The position numbers and the translations under genes are program-made. Under the pieces are notes generated by a model, which ran no database searches, was not told where the DNA came from, and saw nothing but the letters and a program-made list of their open reading frames with translations. Of a stretch of DNA of 64,000 nt, positions 12,364 to 25,880 are shown one piece after another. Numbering within the stretch: position 1 is the first letter of the stretch; every line of letters begins with the position of its first letter. The stretch comes from Phoronis australis (Eukaryota; Animalia; Phoronida), in assembly GCA_002633005.1 (NCBI GenBank), contig NMRA01000330.1, positions 434,001 through 498,000 of the forward strand, read 5' to 3'.

Positions 12364-15363
12364 TTTTCAGCTTTTGGGACAGAAAGCATAGGGTTATCAT
12401 GTGAATTATTCCATTTTTGCAATGAGTTACTTGATGTTCCAATAGGTGGTGCTAGTGAAAAATGGAATCTTTGTTTTTGTTTGAATAGACGGAGATCCTA
12501 AAGGTGTTCAACTACATGTGCGTGTTCATGATAAGCGTCCAACACTATTACTTGAATACAGGCATTTATGCAATAATCCTGTAGGGCAATTGTTTCTCAA
12601 GCGTCACCTTGTGAAATTTGAGCATTTACTGTATATCGGAAATACAAACTGTTATGCACACAGTATATTATACTGGTGATCTAATTGTTAAGGAATCAGT
12701 AAATGATATTTATGTTAATTTGCACTCCTTCTTGTTTTGTATTATACAAAAGATTGTTTAGTCTTGCACCGGAATAATTTTTTTTTCTTTGTTGAGCGTT
12801 TGTGTAGTTTAGGTCCTCGATTCCTGCCAAAAGGTGTCAGGAGTGTTTGGTGCCATGTGTTTTTGTTGCAATTCTGTTATTCTTGTTATTTGAATTTCTA
12901 CTTATTGTTGTTGCTTACCATAAGTCTTGTATGATTTTGTTTTAAAAGTTTGTTCCATTTTCAAATGTTGAATGTGGTAACAAAATGAACTTCAACAAAT
13001 TTGTCTTTATAGTTTCGTATACTGTGACCACTGGTTATAGAAAAAAATGACAGCAAATTTGTAATGTAATTTTTTTTGATGGAACCAGTTTTAGGCCATC
13101 GTGGAAGGTAATGTTTTTGAAGTTAAATTTGCTTTCCTTGTATCGCATGGAAATATCTCGCGAAGACCCCATGATGTTGTGTTTTTTGTGAGTTTCAATC
13201 CAGGTGCACTGTCAACTGGAGAGTATTTCAAGTAGATGTAGGATTTAGTACATTATTTTAGATTGTTGCATTTGGATGTTTTTGTTGCACTGCTTCAGTT
13301 CAGACTGTTCTGTTGGCAAATTTTGTTGTATATTTCACCCTGTTTGGTTACTGTCTATCTGGGCATGTAGTGCCACTGGCTGTCTAAATAGTTGGCTCAC
13401 TTGATAAGAAATGGGCAAGAACTGGAGCTGGTGTACATGTCTGTATCAAGGTGTCAACAAAATGATATTTAAAAAATGCATAATTGTACTGCTGTGAAGT
13501 CAGTTTTTTTTGAAGAAAAACTTGAAGAAAAATCCTACCAATGGTAACATTCGTTTGATGCTGAAAACTATGTTGAGTACATGACTAAAACATGCCATTT
13601 TCCTGTGATTTAGCTTTTACACCACTGGTGCCTGTGTGTGCTGTTCGTTTCCAAGGGAAATTTAATTAGTATGTTGAAAAAACACTGATTTTCCTGATTG
13701 CTGGGCCAATGTACTTGCTGCATGTGGTTTGGTCTTGTTTGAAGTGTTAAGTCCTGTTACTGCTCCCACATGGCAACTGATGGCTTTTGATGATCTCTGT
13801 AATGGTGCTAGCTTTCATAATACTTGTCCTCATTTTTGTACTCCACAATTGAATGTTGCGGAGCGGGTCACCAAGTGCAACAGGTAGTCCATCTTTATAT
13901 CCGATCTGCTGGTTTTAGGTTATCCTGGAACACCTTCTGTGAGAGATATCTTACTTTCATTTTGTGCTTGGCTATTTATCAGTATCTGCAATTTGATTTC
14001 TTATATTATAAAAAACTGAATTTGCCAATTTAGTGAATTTTTCACCCATTGTTATGTGTGTTTTAAGGTACCCGCTTTCTGTCAAGAAATAGATTTAAGT
14101 CATGTACCTTAATTGTAAATAGGTCTCAAAACTTCTTTTTCTGAGATTACTACCGAGACGTCGTTTCTCAATGGGCTGATATTCAAATCCTTCGCAATAC
14201 ATAAAATGGCCCTCTGGGATGGGTCAACTTCAATTAGCCAGCTATTAGGTGTAAGGCAGTCGTAACGAAACATGGGTGAAACGGACGACTGCTTTGGAAG
14301 TAAGTAAAAGCAAATGAGTGGAGATGAGCTTATATGATGGTGGGCCTTTTTTGATTTCTGATGTTGGCATATTGGGGACTGGTATACTCTGAAATGACTG
14401 TTGTCCAATCTTGATATTGCTTTTGTGACCTTGCAATGTTACTTTAAACTCGCCCAGTTGAATCACTTGAAGATTAACTTTTTGCCATAACTCGCCCAGT
14501 TGTTGACGGAATCAGGGTCACCTGAGTAAGTTTTTATCTCACCTAGATGTCAGTGAAGTTATGAATTAACAAATTGACACGTAATTTACTATGTTATGAA
14601 TTTGTAGGCTTACGAAAAATAGCACAATTGGCTCTGAGCCAGCTTTGTTCTGAAACCTACTGCTCAAAGTGGGCATCATGTGGCGCTGGTTGAAAAAAGG
14701 ATGGGTCCCGACCATTGATTCAACTAGTCGTGGCATCAAGCTCGTGCGAATGGGCCGCGTAGAAAATGAAAAGGATCCTGACGGCGTTCAGTCAGCTGGC
14801 ACCAGGGGGCACCAAGAGATTTTTTCTGTTTGAAAATATGGACGTCATAAGAACTGAAAATCGCATCACTGTATCAAATTAAAAAAGCAAAAAGAGAACC
14901 AATAGTGCTATTTTTTTGGCCAAATCCTTATAGTGTTGATTGTATTTCTTACCAGTGCAAATGTTGGATTTGTACGTGGAGTGCATTTAATAAAGCATAT
15001 ACGGAGCATTTTTGTACTTTATGCCGCATCTCAGTACACTACGCCAACGGGTGCGCTCATGATGCAGTGGCGCACGTGCACTGTATAGTATAGCCACACT
15101 ACGAGAAATCAGTTGGAAACTTTCCAATAGCAACGTGGCGACTGGTCACGTTGGGCCGGATTTCAATGGCTTCTAGAATGACGAGGAGGCACTAACTTGC
15201 TCCCCTAGTATGTCCCTATGCCACCTGCTGTGAAGACAACGTAACTTCTGGTACAACTAGGTGGCGATGTGAGTCTCGGAACCCACGTAATCGGCTACCA
15301 TCCTGTTTGAGCGGCACGGGACATAGTGGCTGCAGCAGCCAGGCCGAATAACGTTCATATCTA

Positions 15364-16173
15364 TAGTAGCGGATCTAGGATATCACAAGGGAAGGCCAAC
15401 ACTTCGTCTGAAAACATTCAATGCAAAGGCACGTTTAGATGCGCATAGCACCGAATGGGGGGTCCGCCCCCTCCCGCCCAGGAAAATTTTTCTGTTTTTT
15501 CCTCTAAAAATCAAGCATTTTCCTTGATTCCTGAAGTATTATCCANAAAAAAAAAAAGAAAAACGGCAGTGTTCACAGACTCGAACTTACTACCTGGCTG
15601 ATAGAGCGCTCGTGCTTTATTACCACTAAACCACCACGACTTCACTCATGTTCTTGATAATAAGAGATCTACTTGTTCATGGTCCACAGCGTTTGCGCGC
15701 GAAACCTACTTCTTTTTGTAATGCTTATTACACTTTTTATATTTGTGCAATCAGTTCGTAACAAATTTGTTATATTTAAAATATTCTTCAATTGCCCAAA
15801 AGACCAAATAGGCCTACGTTTTTTGTGTTGGAATTAATGACTGGATTGCTTTGGAAATCGTTTTAAGATAAGGTTTGACAAAGAGAGAATTATGAGGTTC
15901 TGAGTGATTCACTAAGGCTTCGATTAAAATTCACATCTTACCAGCAGCTTCTGTTTTTTCATCGTCACTCAGATTCCATTTTCTTTAAAAAAATGTAGTA
16001 ATTTTCTTCATTGCACAGTGAAACAGACGACGGAAACGGAGTCGTAATGCGCAGCGCCACTGCCGGTCGCCTGGGATATCGCGGGAGAGCCTATACATAG
16101 TTTCGTTACGATTGAGCCGTGTTCCGAATTTGACACTTGAAATTGGATCTGAGCCCCCCCCCCCAAACACACT
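15364..16173 (-). mobile_element. ~0.8-kb non-autonomous element, copy 1 (inverted relative to copies 2 and 3), with an internal tRNA-like module
   Basis: Its reverse complement matches 17520-18338 along its length; for example agcggatctaggatatcacaaggg vs cccttgtgatatcctagatccgc, and gagtgattcactaaggcttcgattaaaattcacatcttaccagcagcttctg mirrored at ~17708-17760. Confidence 0.85.
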
Positions 16174-16252
16174 GAGACTGCACACATTTAAATCTTGTTT
16201 CCGCCGTATAATGTTAATTACCGGGATTAATTAATAAACTCAACATTTCCCT

Positions 16253-16861
16253 NNNNNNNNNNNNNNNNNNNNNNNNNNNNNNNNNNNNNNNNNNNNNNNN
16301 NNNNNNNNNNNNNNNNNNNNNNNNNNNNNNNNNNNNNNNNNNNNNNNNNNNNNNNNNNNNNNNNNNNNNNNNNNNNNNNNNNNNNNNNNNNNNNNNNNNN
16401 NNNNNNNNNNNNNNNNNNNNNNNNNNNNNNNNNNNNNNNNNNNNNNNNNNNNNNNNNNNNNNNNNNNNNNNNNNNNNNNNNNNNNNNNNNNNNNNNNNNN
16501 NNNNNNNNNNNNNNNNNNNNNNNNNNNNNNNNNNNNNNNNNNNNNNNNNNNNNNNNNNNNNNNNNNNNNNNNNNNNNNNNNNNNNNNNNNNNNNNNNNNN
16601 NNNNNNNNNNNNNNNNNNNNNNNNNNNNNNNNNNNNNNNNNNNNNNNNNNNNNNNNNNNNNNNNNNNNNNNNNNNNNNNNNNNNNNNNNNNNNNNNNNNN
16701 NNNNNNNNNNNNNNNNNNNNNNNNNNNNNNNNNNNNNNNNNNNNNNNNNNNNNNNNNNNNNNNNNNNNNNNNNNNNNNNNNNNNNNNNNNNNNNNNNNNN
16801 NNNNNNNNNNNNNNNNNNNNNNNNNNNNNNNNNNNNNNNNNNNNNNNNNNNNNNNNNNNNN
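16253..16861. other. Assembly gap (N run)
   Basis: Run of n characters. Confidence 1.
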
Positions 16862-17519
16862 AAGTACTTTTTCAAAACGAGGAAAAAAATAAAACCGAAA
16901 AAAAATTGGTTCGACCCATGTTGGTTCCTAGGTTCGACCGGCCTACGTAAGGAACTAAACACCAATGCTATTTTAACATACTAAGTACGCGTAACATTCC
17001 AAAAAAATCAACGACCACTAACTACAAACTATTAATACACTACATATGCAAACGAATCACGATATATTACTAATAAAACAAAATAATGAAGACTTTTCGA
17101 GCAAGCGGTAGCACATTCAGTTACAAGGAAAAAATGGCGGCGTTCAGGACAAGTTCCTGAACTGATGAGCCGGAAATGTGGGTACGGAAATAACCGATGA
17201 CAACCGGTAAGCATACGCTCAGAGAGAAGGGTCAAATACTGTTACAAAATCGCTTTTGGCAAGAAAGGCGAAAAGAATATAAAGAAAGGGTGTCGAAAAT
17301 AAGAATTTATGTAGTAAGTATTTTCGGATACTGGAACCACATGGGCAGTTTGCAACAAGGACTTTAAGGGCATCCCCTCTTCCGCCTCGAGATGGGACCA
17401 AAAAGAACTCCAGCATTGAGGAGTTGCGTCCCAGGGGTACAGTGTATATGACCGGGAGGTGCTGCTGAGATGTTCACGGACAGTTTCCTACAAAAAGTAA
17501 GGGTGCCTAGTTTTTCAAG

Positions 17520-18338
17520 TGTCAAATTCGGAACACGGCGCATTCGTAACGGAACTATGGCTAAGTATAGAATCTCCCGCGATATCCTAGGCGACCGGCA
17601 GTAACGCTGTGCACTACGACTCCGTTTCCGTCGTCTGCTCCACTGTGCAATGAAGAAAATTTACTTCATTTTTTAAAGAAAATGGAACCTGAGTGATGAT
17701 GAAAAAACAGAAGCTGCTGGTAAGATGTGAATTTTAATCGAAGCCTTAGTGAATCACTCAGAAACTCGCAATACTCTCTTTGTCAAACCTTATCTTAAGA
17801 CGATTTCCAAAGCCATCCCGTCATTATTGCCAACACGAAAAATGGATTTGGTCTTTTGGGGATTGGAAGACTATTTCAAATACGACAAATTTGTTAAGAA
17901 TTGATGGCACAAAGTATAAAACGTGTAATAAGCATTACAAAAAGAAGTAGGCTTCGCGCGCAAACGCTGTGGCCCATACTAAACAAGTAGGTCTTTTAGC
18001 ATAACAGTAGTAGTCAAATCGTGGTGGGGCAGTGGTGACGTACGCCCGTTCTATCCGCCAAGTCGTGAGTTCGAGTCTTCGATACTTGCATTTTTTCCTG
18101 TTTGACACGTTCTCCGTGTTTTTTTTTTGCCTTTTTTTCTTGGATAATACTAGGAATAATAGGAATCAAGGAAAATGCTTGATTTTTAGAGGTAAAAACA
18201 GAAAAATTTCCTGGGCGGGAGGGGAGCAAACCCCCCATTCGGTGCTATGCGCATCTACAATCGTGGTTCAGTTTGCGCAAATGCTTCCAGCCGGACAAAA
18301 TGTTGGCCCCCCCTTGTGATATCCTAGATCCGCCACTG
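17520..18338 (+). mobile_element. Same element family, copy 2; ends in GATCCGCCACTG
   Basis: Inverted homology to 15364-16173 and direct homology to ~20735-21450. Confidence 0.85.
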
Positions 18339-20630
18339 ACACCTTGATCAAATGCCCAACAAAGATGCGACACTTATCAGGCTTAATAACTCACGTGACT
18401 TTCCAAATAAGGAAGTAAGTGCAATGAGGAACTTGACTTTCTCATATGACCTGGAATGTGTTACGACACGAACACCTAGCACGCAATTTTTTGATATTAC
18501 ATGGGCGAATCACAAAGTGGTGCACAGTATACATACATACCCATAGACATATTAATTAATACTGTGATGTCTAGGCTATGCACTACATACCCCTTGCATT
18601 TTAGCATCTGCAAACACTAATACGACTACCAAAAACCAACTGCGCGCCAATTGACAAGGTTATGATTGACAAATCGGGTGTCACAACTGAACGCTAAGTA
18701 CTCCCACTCGGAAGGACACGCTAACAACTTCTTAAACGGACGGCATAAGTTCGGCGGCGAATTCCATATCCACGTTCACTCAAACGGAGACGAACCCCAA
18801 CTCAACAAAACGCTATGAAACTATCTAGTTGCGCTCTCTCAAGGTCAATTCAGTGCTCACGCGCCGGGAAGTCCTGCTGACTGTTATTTACAAACATTTG
18901 TTAAGTTTTAATAAAGCAACTTCAAAGTCTACTTATTAGATTCTAACTGGAACATACGAAAGCTGAACGCAATTTACAATTGTTAAGTTTACAATAAAAC
19001 TATTAGCAAAAAGTAACTGAGTTTACTTTAATTGCGTAAGCGTGTTTTTACAAACGTTGCGTCATGTGGTTGAAAATTGTCTATTTTTTGGCAAAAAAGA
19101 TTGTTTTTACGGTTCATGCGAGAAAACAAACCTCAGAATTTCGACGAAATTTCCAAGACGGTTTGCCCATGGCATAAACCTGAGACGAGTGTAGGATACT
19201 CTATGTAATTTCGGCTTGCAAGAAGCTGACTGAGCGTGCTGAGGCTGCGACTGACGAGGCTATGTACACATGGCTATATAATCCGAACTGGTATGATATT
19301 CTTATAGATGCCGGTTGGGAAATGCGATATATAGCGACACTAATGAAATTACGACTCCAATAAAGATCAGTTTGAGACAAACATCAAAACCGTAAGTTGT
19401 TTCAATCAAAAGTTGTTCGTAAGGGTACCGGGCAGATTTATTACAAATCCGAAGTATCTAAAAGGTACCTGAATTCAACTTTTAGCACAATCAACAATAG
19501 CAGCATCGAAAAGCCACGACTGGGCAAAAACAAGCCAAGAGTCAACAACTATGTCATTTTTTCAGTCAGTACAGAATCCAAACCTTCATGCGTTGTACAA
19601 AAATCAAAATACCCATCCGGCGCCATTTTGTAATGAAAATGGGAAATGAAATGAATTCAGTCGTGGCTAAATAATAGTGAATAACACCTTATAAGTTTAT
19701 TATTGCTCGCAAAACACTTGCCAAATTTGCTCGGGGGATTTTGAGCGGTCTTGCGTGATAACGATTTTCTCGCAGGAAACTTGATCTACGGCGGAACGTT
19801 ACCCTATTGTCAGTCCATAAAAACCGTCGGTATCTTGCATCGAAGATTTCACACAACCTCTTGACGTAATAGCTTGAGCCTGCCGAGTTATGGGAACCAA
19901 CGCGTTATAGCGTTTTTCAAATGCAGAGCTAAAGTCACCTCGAGGCTTGCAAGAACCAACATACAGCGCCACGTGTTGGTAACACTGCCAATTAAGTTTG
20001 GTGGACAGCGCCACGTGACTTCTCACTCAGTTGCAGTCAAGACCTCGACCTCAATATTAATGAAGATTATAGAAGTTATTGACATACACACTGCAGTTTC
20101 AAACTCAGTTAGACCCCTATGACCCCAAACACACATTGCTTAGTCACCATAATTTTTGCTTTCTATAGCTTAACATATTTTTTCCTGTAACTATTTTTTG
20201 AATTTTAATAAACCGGTTGACGTCATCATTTAGTGATCAATCAGTAACCTCACGTCAGAGATCTACTTCAAATCCGCAAATGCTCGTTCGATACAACCCA
20301 GCTCAGTGAACCGAATACAAAATGTAGGTAGAGCTGCACCCATGTATCCATGCAGAGGTAGGGCATCATAGAGGCTCGCGGCATGGTGACTCTCCACTGA
20401 AGAAGGGCAATTTTGATTTGTACAAGTTCCGCTGCAAAATTGGTCTTTTCGGTTTGAAAGGAACTGCCGGTTCGGTATTCACTGAGACCGCATGCTAAGC
20501 GCACAAAATGACACGGTGTGACAAGATAGAGCCTGGTCTCAAGCAATGATGAACTCAGTTCTTCAGTTGGCGGGAAAGCACTCCTAGTTGTAAGAAACAA
20601 TTTGAGAGCAACTTTTTAACGACAAGGGGT

Positions 20631-21700
20631 ACACAGGCGGATTGGGGAGGGGGGGGGGGTAGGTGGAGGCTTGGCGGCCGCAAAAAACAGAACACCAAAA
20701 ATCTNGGGGGGGGGGGGGCTCAGACCCGACTTCAAATTTCCGATTTAGACAATCGGTGCAATCGTAACGGTAACTATGGCTAAGTAATGCCGTTCCTGGT
20801 CGATATGCGCGTTATATCCCACACGACCGGTTGTGACCTCTGCCGGTGCATTACCACTTCCCTTCCACCGTCTGCTCCACTGTGCAATGAATAAAATTAC
20901 TTCATTTATTTAAAGATACATATAACGGAATCTGAGTGATGATGAAGAAACAGAAGCTGCTGGTAATATGTAAATTTTAATCTAAGCCTTAGTGAATCAC
21001 TCTGAAACTCACAATTCTCTCTTCTTCAAACATTAAAATTAAGACGATTTGCAACAAGCGCGTGGTTAACGTCAACCCGTAAATGGAATGAAGCAGGTTC
21101 GCGCGCGAACGGCTGTGGACCATAAACAAGTAGATCTTTTAGCATGGCGTTTTAGTTGAAAACGTGGTAGCGCAATAAAAAACACGCTCGCTCTGACCAA
21201 TAGGTCGTGAGTACGAGTCCTTGCAATTTTACTAATTTCCAGTTTTAAATCACAAGTGGCACCATGACGTGAAAATTTGCTTTGCGGCGACGTCGGATTC
21301 TAGAATGCGATCTGGGTCGTGGGATTTTGCCGCTCTTGTCGCAAATAGCGACGTGGCCAAAGTAGAGCCGCCGAGGGCTGATTACACAAAAATCAGAGAA
21401 AATGCCTGTTTTCAGAGGCAAAAACAAAACGTTCCCCTGGGCGGAAGGGGGAACCCCCCCTTTCCGACTTCCCCGGCCCATTCCGAGTTCGGCGCTACGC
21501 GCAACGCTTCGCGTGATTGTCTACGAGAAAAATTGTTGGGCTCCCTCGGATATCATAGATCTGCCAGAGTGGTATGGCATCAAAACTTGCTCTAATTGTG
21601 ACGGTAAGGCGGGTTTAACTTAGTATTGCTGTAAGGGAGGGAGCCTTTTTTGTCTCACTGTCAGACCTCCACTTGCCGCTATATCTTAGATCTGTGCCTA
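20631..21700 (+). mobile_element. Same element family, more diverged copy 3 (boundaries approximate)
   Basis: Shares ctgctccactgtgcaatga, cagaagctgctggtaa...gccttagtgaatcactc and taaacaagtag with copy 2. Confidence 0.7.
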
Positions 21701-24700
21701 AGTTGGCGCACTGCGGGAAGGGGACTTTACCCAAAAATTACCAAATGAGCTATATCCACTCTCAGCCGGAATAAGCACGCCATGTAAACACTCATCTACC
21801 TCACTACTAAAAATGTTCTAAAGTTCTACCCAGTCACAGGTGTGAAAACAAAACATAATGGACAGACCGTAATCCCAGCAAATCTTAATTTATTGCATAT
21901 TCCCCAGTACACAGTACTGGGGGGGGGGGGGGGGGNGGGGGGGGGGTGAGAGGGACACTCGGCTACTTTATATTTTCAGTGAAAATCAGGGGAGCTAGGC
22001 CGGGGGCGTGCCAGTAGAGGATGATTAGTAGTCTAGGACTCGGATATACTCATCCAACCTGCCCTTACGTTTGGTTTTGTCGGTTTTTTAGAAACAGCAC
22101 GTAGAGAATGCCAGGAAAAACGATGAATCTTCTTCGAGAATCAAAATTATAAAGTCAAACCTGCATGTCTACTAGCAGTGCGCTGAGCGCGCAGCTCAAA
22201 CCCCGGGGCACCCACGACTTCGTCCACCGGCGTGCTACTCTGGTACCCGCGGTATTTATTGCCTTTGCCGTGGGTACCAGGGCACACGAGTCCGAACCTT
22301 TTGTAATTCATGCTTCGGGGCCTTGTGCGCAACTTCGTATTTGAATTAACTCAAGCGTATATTGATCTATTCACATAAAGTATACATTGTCACGACACGG
22401 GTAGACGTGTGTGTTAACTTACCTAGTTCGCCTGTGTGCAGAGGCGATAGACATCCCATAACAAATGGAGGAAGTTTTTTAACTACAGAAAAAGACACGA
22501 AGTTTTCCAAACCCCTACCGTTGACAAGTGAGTATTGACGTTATATTCCGATATCGATCTAGTGAAACTGATCGCATTCAGCGTGAAATCCCGTGGGTAC
22601 AACAGGTGGTTGGGTTTGTCGAGATAACATATGTTAATACAATGCAGTGTCCAGCTACTTGTAATACAAGTCAGGGTTCCGAATACGAGTGACCAGTACG
22701 TGATTGGGACCTAGTTGGGTGCTTTGATTTGAAATGGCGAGGTGATTTCCGTTGCCACTGGTGAACGCCTCATAAAACGCACATCATACACATGCAGTAT
22801 GTGATGTGACAATTATGTGCGATGCGGGTAAATTAGATGTTTGGTAAGTACATAGCTTATGATGCAGGCTGTAGGGATTGAATTAATCATTAAATAGAGA
22901 TCATTGGTGATGTCTTGACAGCATATCAAGCAAACTGAACTGGTAGCTTGCAGTTTTCTCAAGCGCCCAACGTGACTTTCTGATAAGAGTTAAAAGATCC
23001 TAACGGTAAGTGGGCTAAGTCGGATGTTGCGTAGACTTACTTTGAAAGACGACACGGGATGGAATTGAGTCAAAATTGTCTTGAAGTATTCCAACTTCGA
23101 AGAAGAAGAGTCTGCATTCATATGTGCTATTGGATAAAAGCTTTCACACCAGAAAGTGCACTTCATCCCTAGTTTTACGAACATAACTGGTTCGGAAACC
23201 AACTTCACTGATATTTCACGAATGGTGGAAATTGGTGAATAAGTCTTTTCAGAGGGTACAGTAATTTAAATACTTTTCATTCTGCAGAATTATCTTGTAA
23301 ACCGAAAAACAATGAGCAATGTGGTGAATCGTTCACCTTTACCGAGAGTGGGTTTCGCCCAAGTCAACGCATCGCACACACGTTCGCGCACGTGCCCCGG
23401 TCCTCATAACATATTTGGGATATTTGGTAGCTGCGTAGACTCTAAACTATGGCAATTTTCGTTTTCAGAATGATATGAAGTTGAGTGATTCCAAATCAAT
23501 TTCCTTTAACTTGAACAAATAAAAGTGGTGCGATAACAGTGAAAGTCGCTATGTTCTGGAGTTAAAAACATCAGCAGTCTTAACAGGCGCATTGTTCTTC
23601 CGTTGCTTTCTCATTTTGTTTTGAGTTTTCGTGCCGGCCATACTCCCTTGGCAACTGAAGCTACCCCCCGCCCGTGACAAGCTTGATATAAAGCATTTGA
23701 CGACCTGAGATCGGTTTTTAACGTGAGTAAGAAAAAATATGAGACCGACTTTCTGGTAGTAAATCACCAATTTCGTATCTGAAACACAAAAAAAAACAAC
23801 CTCACCAATAGATCAACTGTCAAACTAGAATCCCCGCAAACATTTATTTATCTGACGATATGTTAATTAACTGAACGGGAATTACGTGCATTTATTGGTG
23901 GATACATGCTACGTAAAGTCGGGCAACTAGTCACGTTAGTCATCCTCTATTGTGTTTAGTGTGAAAAGTCGTCACATATTGCCGCTCATTTCCCATGGTT
24001 TACGTCATAATAAGGAATGGCGAGGCGTTGCCTTTGTGGTAGTTGTGACAACCGTGATGACGCCGTGGCTCTTTTCACTTTCCTGCGGGACATCGGAGAA
24101 AAGCGGATATGGCACACGTTAGTTCAAGAAACTTGCGTATTTGTGGACATGACACACTAGCGCTGGGAATGCTCAATGATGTCCGTGGAGCTAAATAATT
24201 TTCAATAGTAGTTGCTTTTCTTCTTTTTTTCTTTTTGGGATATTGAATTCACGGTTGCGATATGCAGTGTTATAAAGGTGATGACAGTGTAATATCTTGT
24301 CAAAACAAGTAAAGTGGTGGTTTTAATTACTTTAAAAGTTAATTTTTGTCAGAAAACGCGGTTTACTGCCACTTTAACGAAGCAAATTTGTGCAAAATGG
24401 AGAATTTGTATGTCACGGACTGGTGATAACTGACGTCACGTGGGCTGTGCTTACGTGCTGGCAATCTGTATGTTCGTCGTCTTCAATTTCCTCTCGGAGG
24501 TGAACGACATCTGCGGACGTAGGAGCTTCTGTCATTCGGCACGTCATGTGACTTTCAAACTGTAGAATGATTGGCCGTATGGTGGAGTTTCGCACATATG
24601 CAGATAACAATCATATCTGAGGGACAATCTGAGACTTTTAGGTCAGTGCAGACGGTGATCAGGCAATTCCAAAGCCTGGAAAACTTGCACCCTCCCTTCC

Positions 24701-25448
24701 ATCTGTTCATTACATTGACACTGCTTAACTCGTATTAGGCCAAATAGCATAGATGGTTCTGGTCTGAGATTTTTAAGAAAATCGAATCTGTTGTGTGGTA
24801 TTTCTTAGTTTGCTTACTTTTTCAAAAAAAAAGAAAGAGATAAGCGAAAATGATGCGGAATTTGTCTAACTAGTCGTTCGTCATGTCTGCATGTAACGTA
24901 TAATCAAGACGAGTCTACCATAGGCAAAAGTGAAGATTACAGTCTTTTATGTGCAGCGTGTAGGGCACGTTACCGTATCGCATGAATAACGTGTTTTTAA
25001 ACATTCTAAACGATTAAAATATGGGTTGTTTATAACGTGGTACCACTTGTCACTGTCACGTTAATGGTTTATATTCATTGGACTCGCAAACAATTGACAA
25101 GTAGGGCGGTCACAACCAGCATGGAACCTGTCGCCGGGGAATACTACATCCAAACAGTGCGATAAAGGGCACTGACTTGTTGATCTTAGTGACTTTGTAC
25201 TGAGCTAGAAAACATCAAAAGCCATTGTGATTTGATTGCATATCTCTAATTCTCATCGTTGTCTGCCGCACACTCGCAGAAATCAAGGCCGCTGAGTTCC
25301 GATGTGTCACGAGTGTATCTCTGCTTGTAGAGCGTTACACTGCGGCCGTGATGGTAGCAAGTTCGTTTCAAGTTCGTTTCTGGGGTGAGGCTGACGTGTC
25401 GTTGGGGGAGGCGTGTGTCGCCGTAAAATTACCCTCTTAAATTAAACG

Positions 25449-25880
25449 GAGAAAGTGTCGCCGTGAAATTACGCTCGTAAAATACATTAAGAACGTTCTT
25501 AAATTATACCAATCGGGGTTAACCTAACACACACGAAAAGACACTATAGCTGAGAGCGGAAAACTTGACAATGACTTCTTTCATCCACAATCGCTGATAT
25601 TGCCGCCATGATTTGATCCGATGCATGTGATTGAGATATCAGCGCGCACGTGTGAGTTTTAGAGCAGTAGGTCATTGGCTAGTAGTTAAGAATCCAGATA
25701 CGAGCGTAAGTTTACACCGTTAAAAATTAAATTACGCGCGTAATTTTACGCCGTCAAGGAATAAATTGTGAGCGCAATTTTAAGCCGTAATGAATTGAAT
25801 GAGGAGCGTAATTTTACTCCGTTGTAATTAATGGGGTAATGATACGTAATTACGAGCGTAATTTTAGGGCGGCACTTTCT
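25449..25880. mobile_element. MITE-like element with ~32-bp TIRs and multiple subterminal GAGCGTAATTTTAC repeats
   Basis: gagaaagtgtcgccgtgaaattacgctcgtaa vs ttacgagcgtaattttagggcggcactttctc. The motif recurs about 5 times in 25700-25870. Confidence 0.7.

Noticed and set aside
16240-16965. 241-aa ORF in the track
   Set aside because: It is made almost entirely of N-gap codons.
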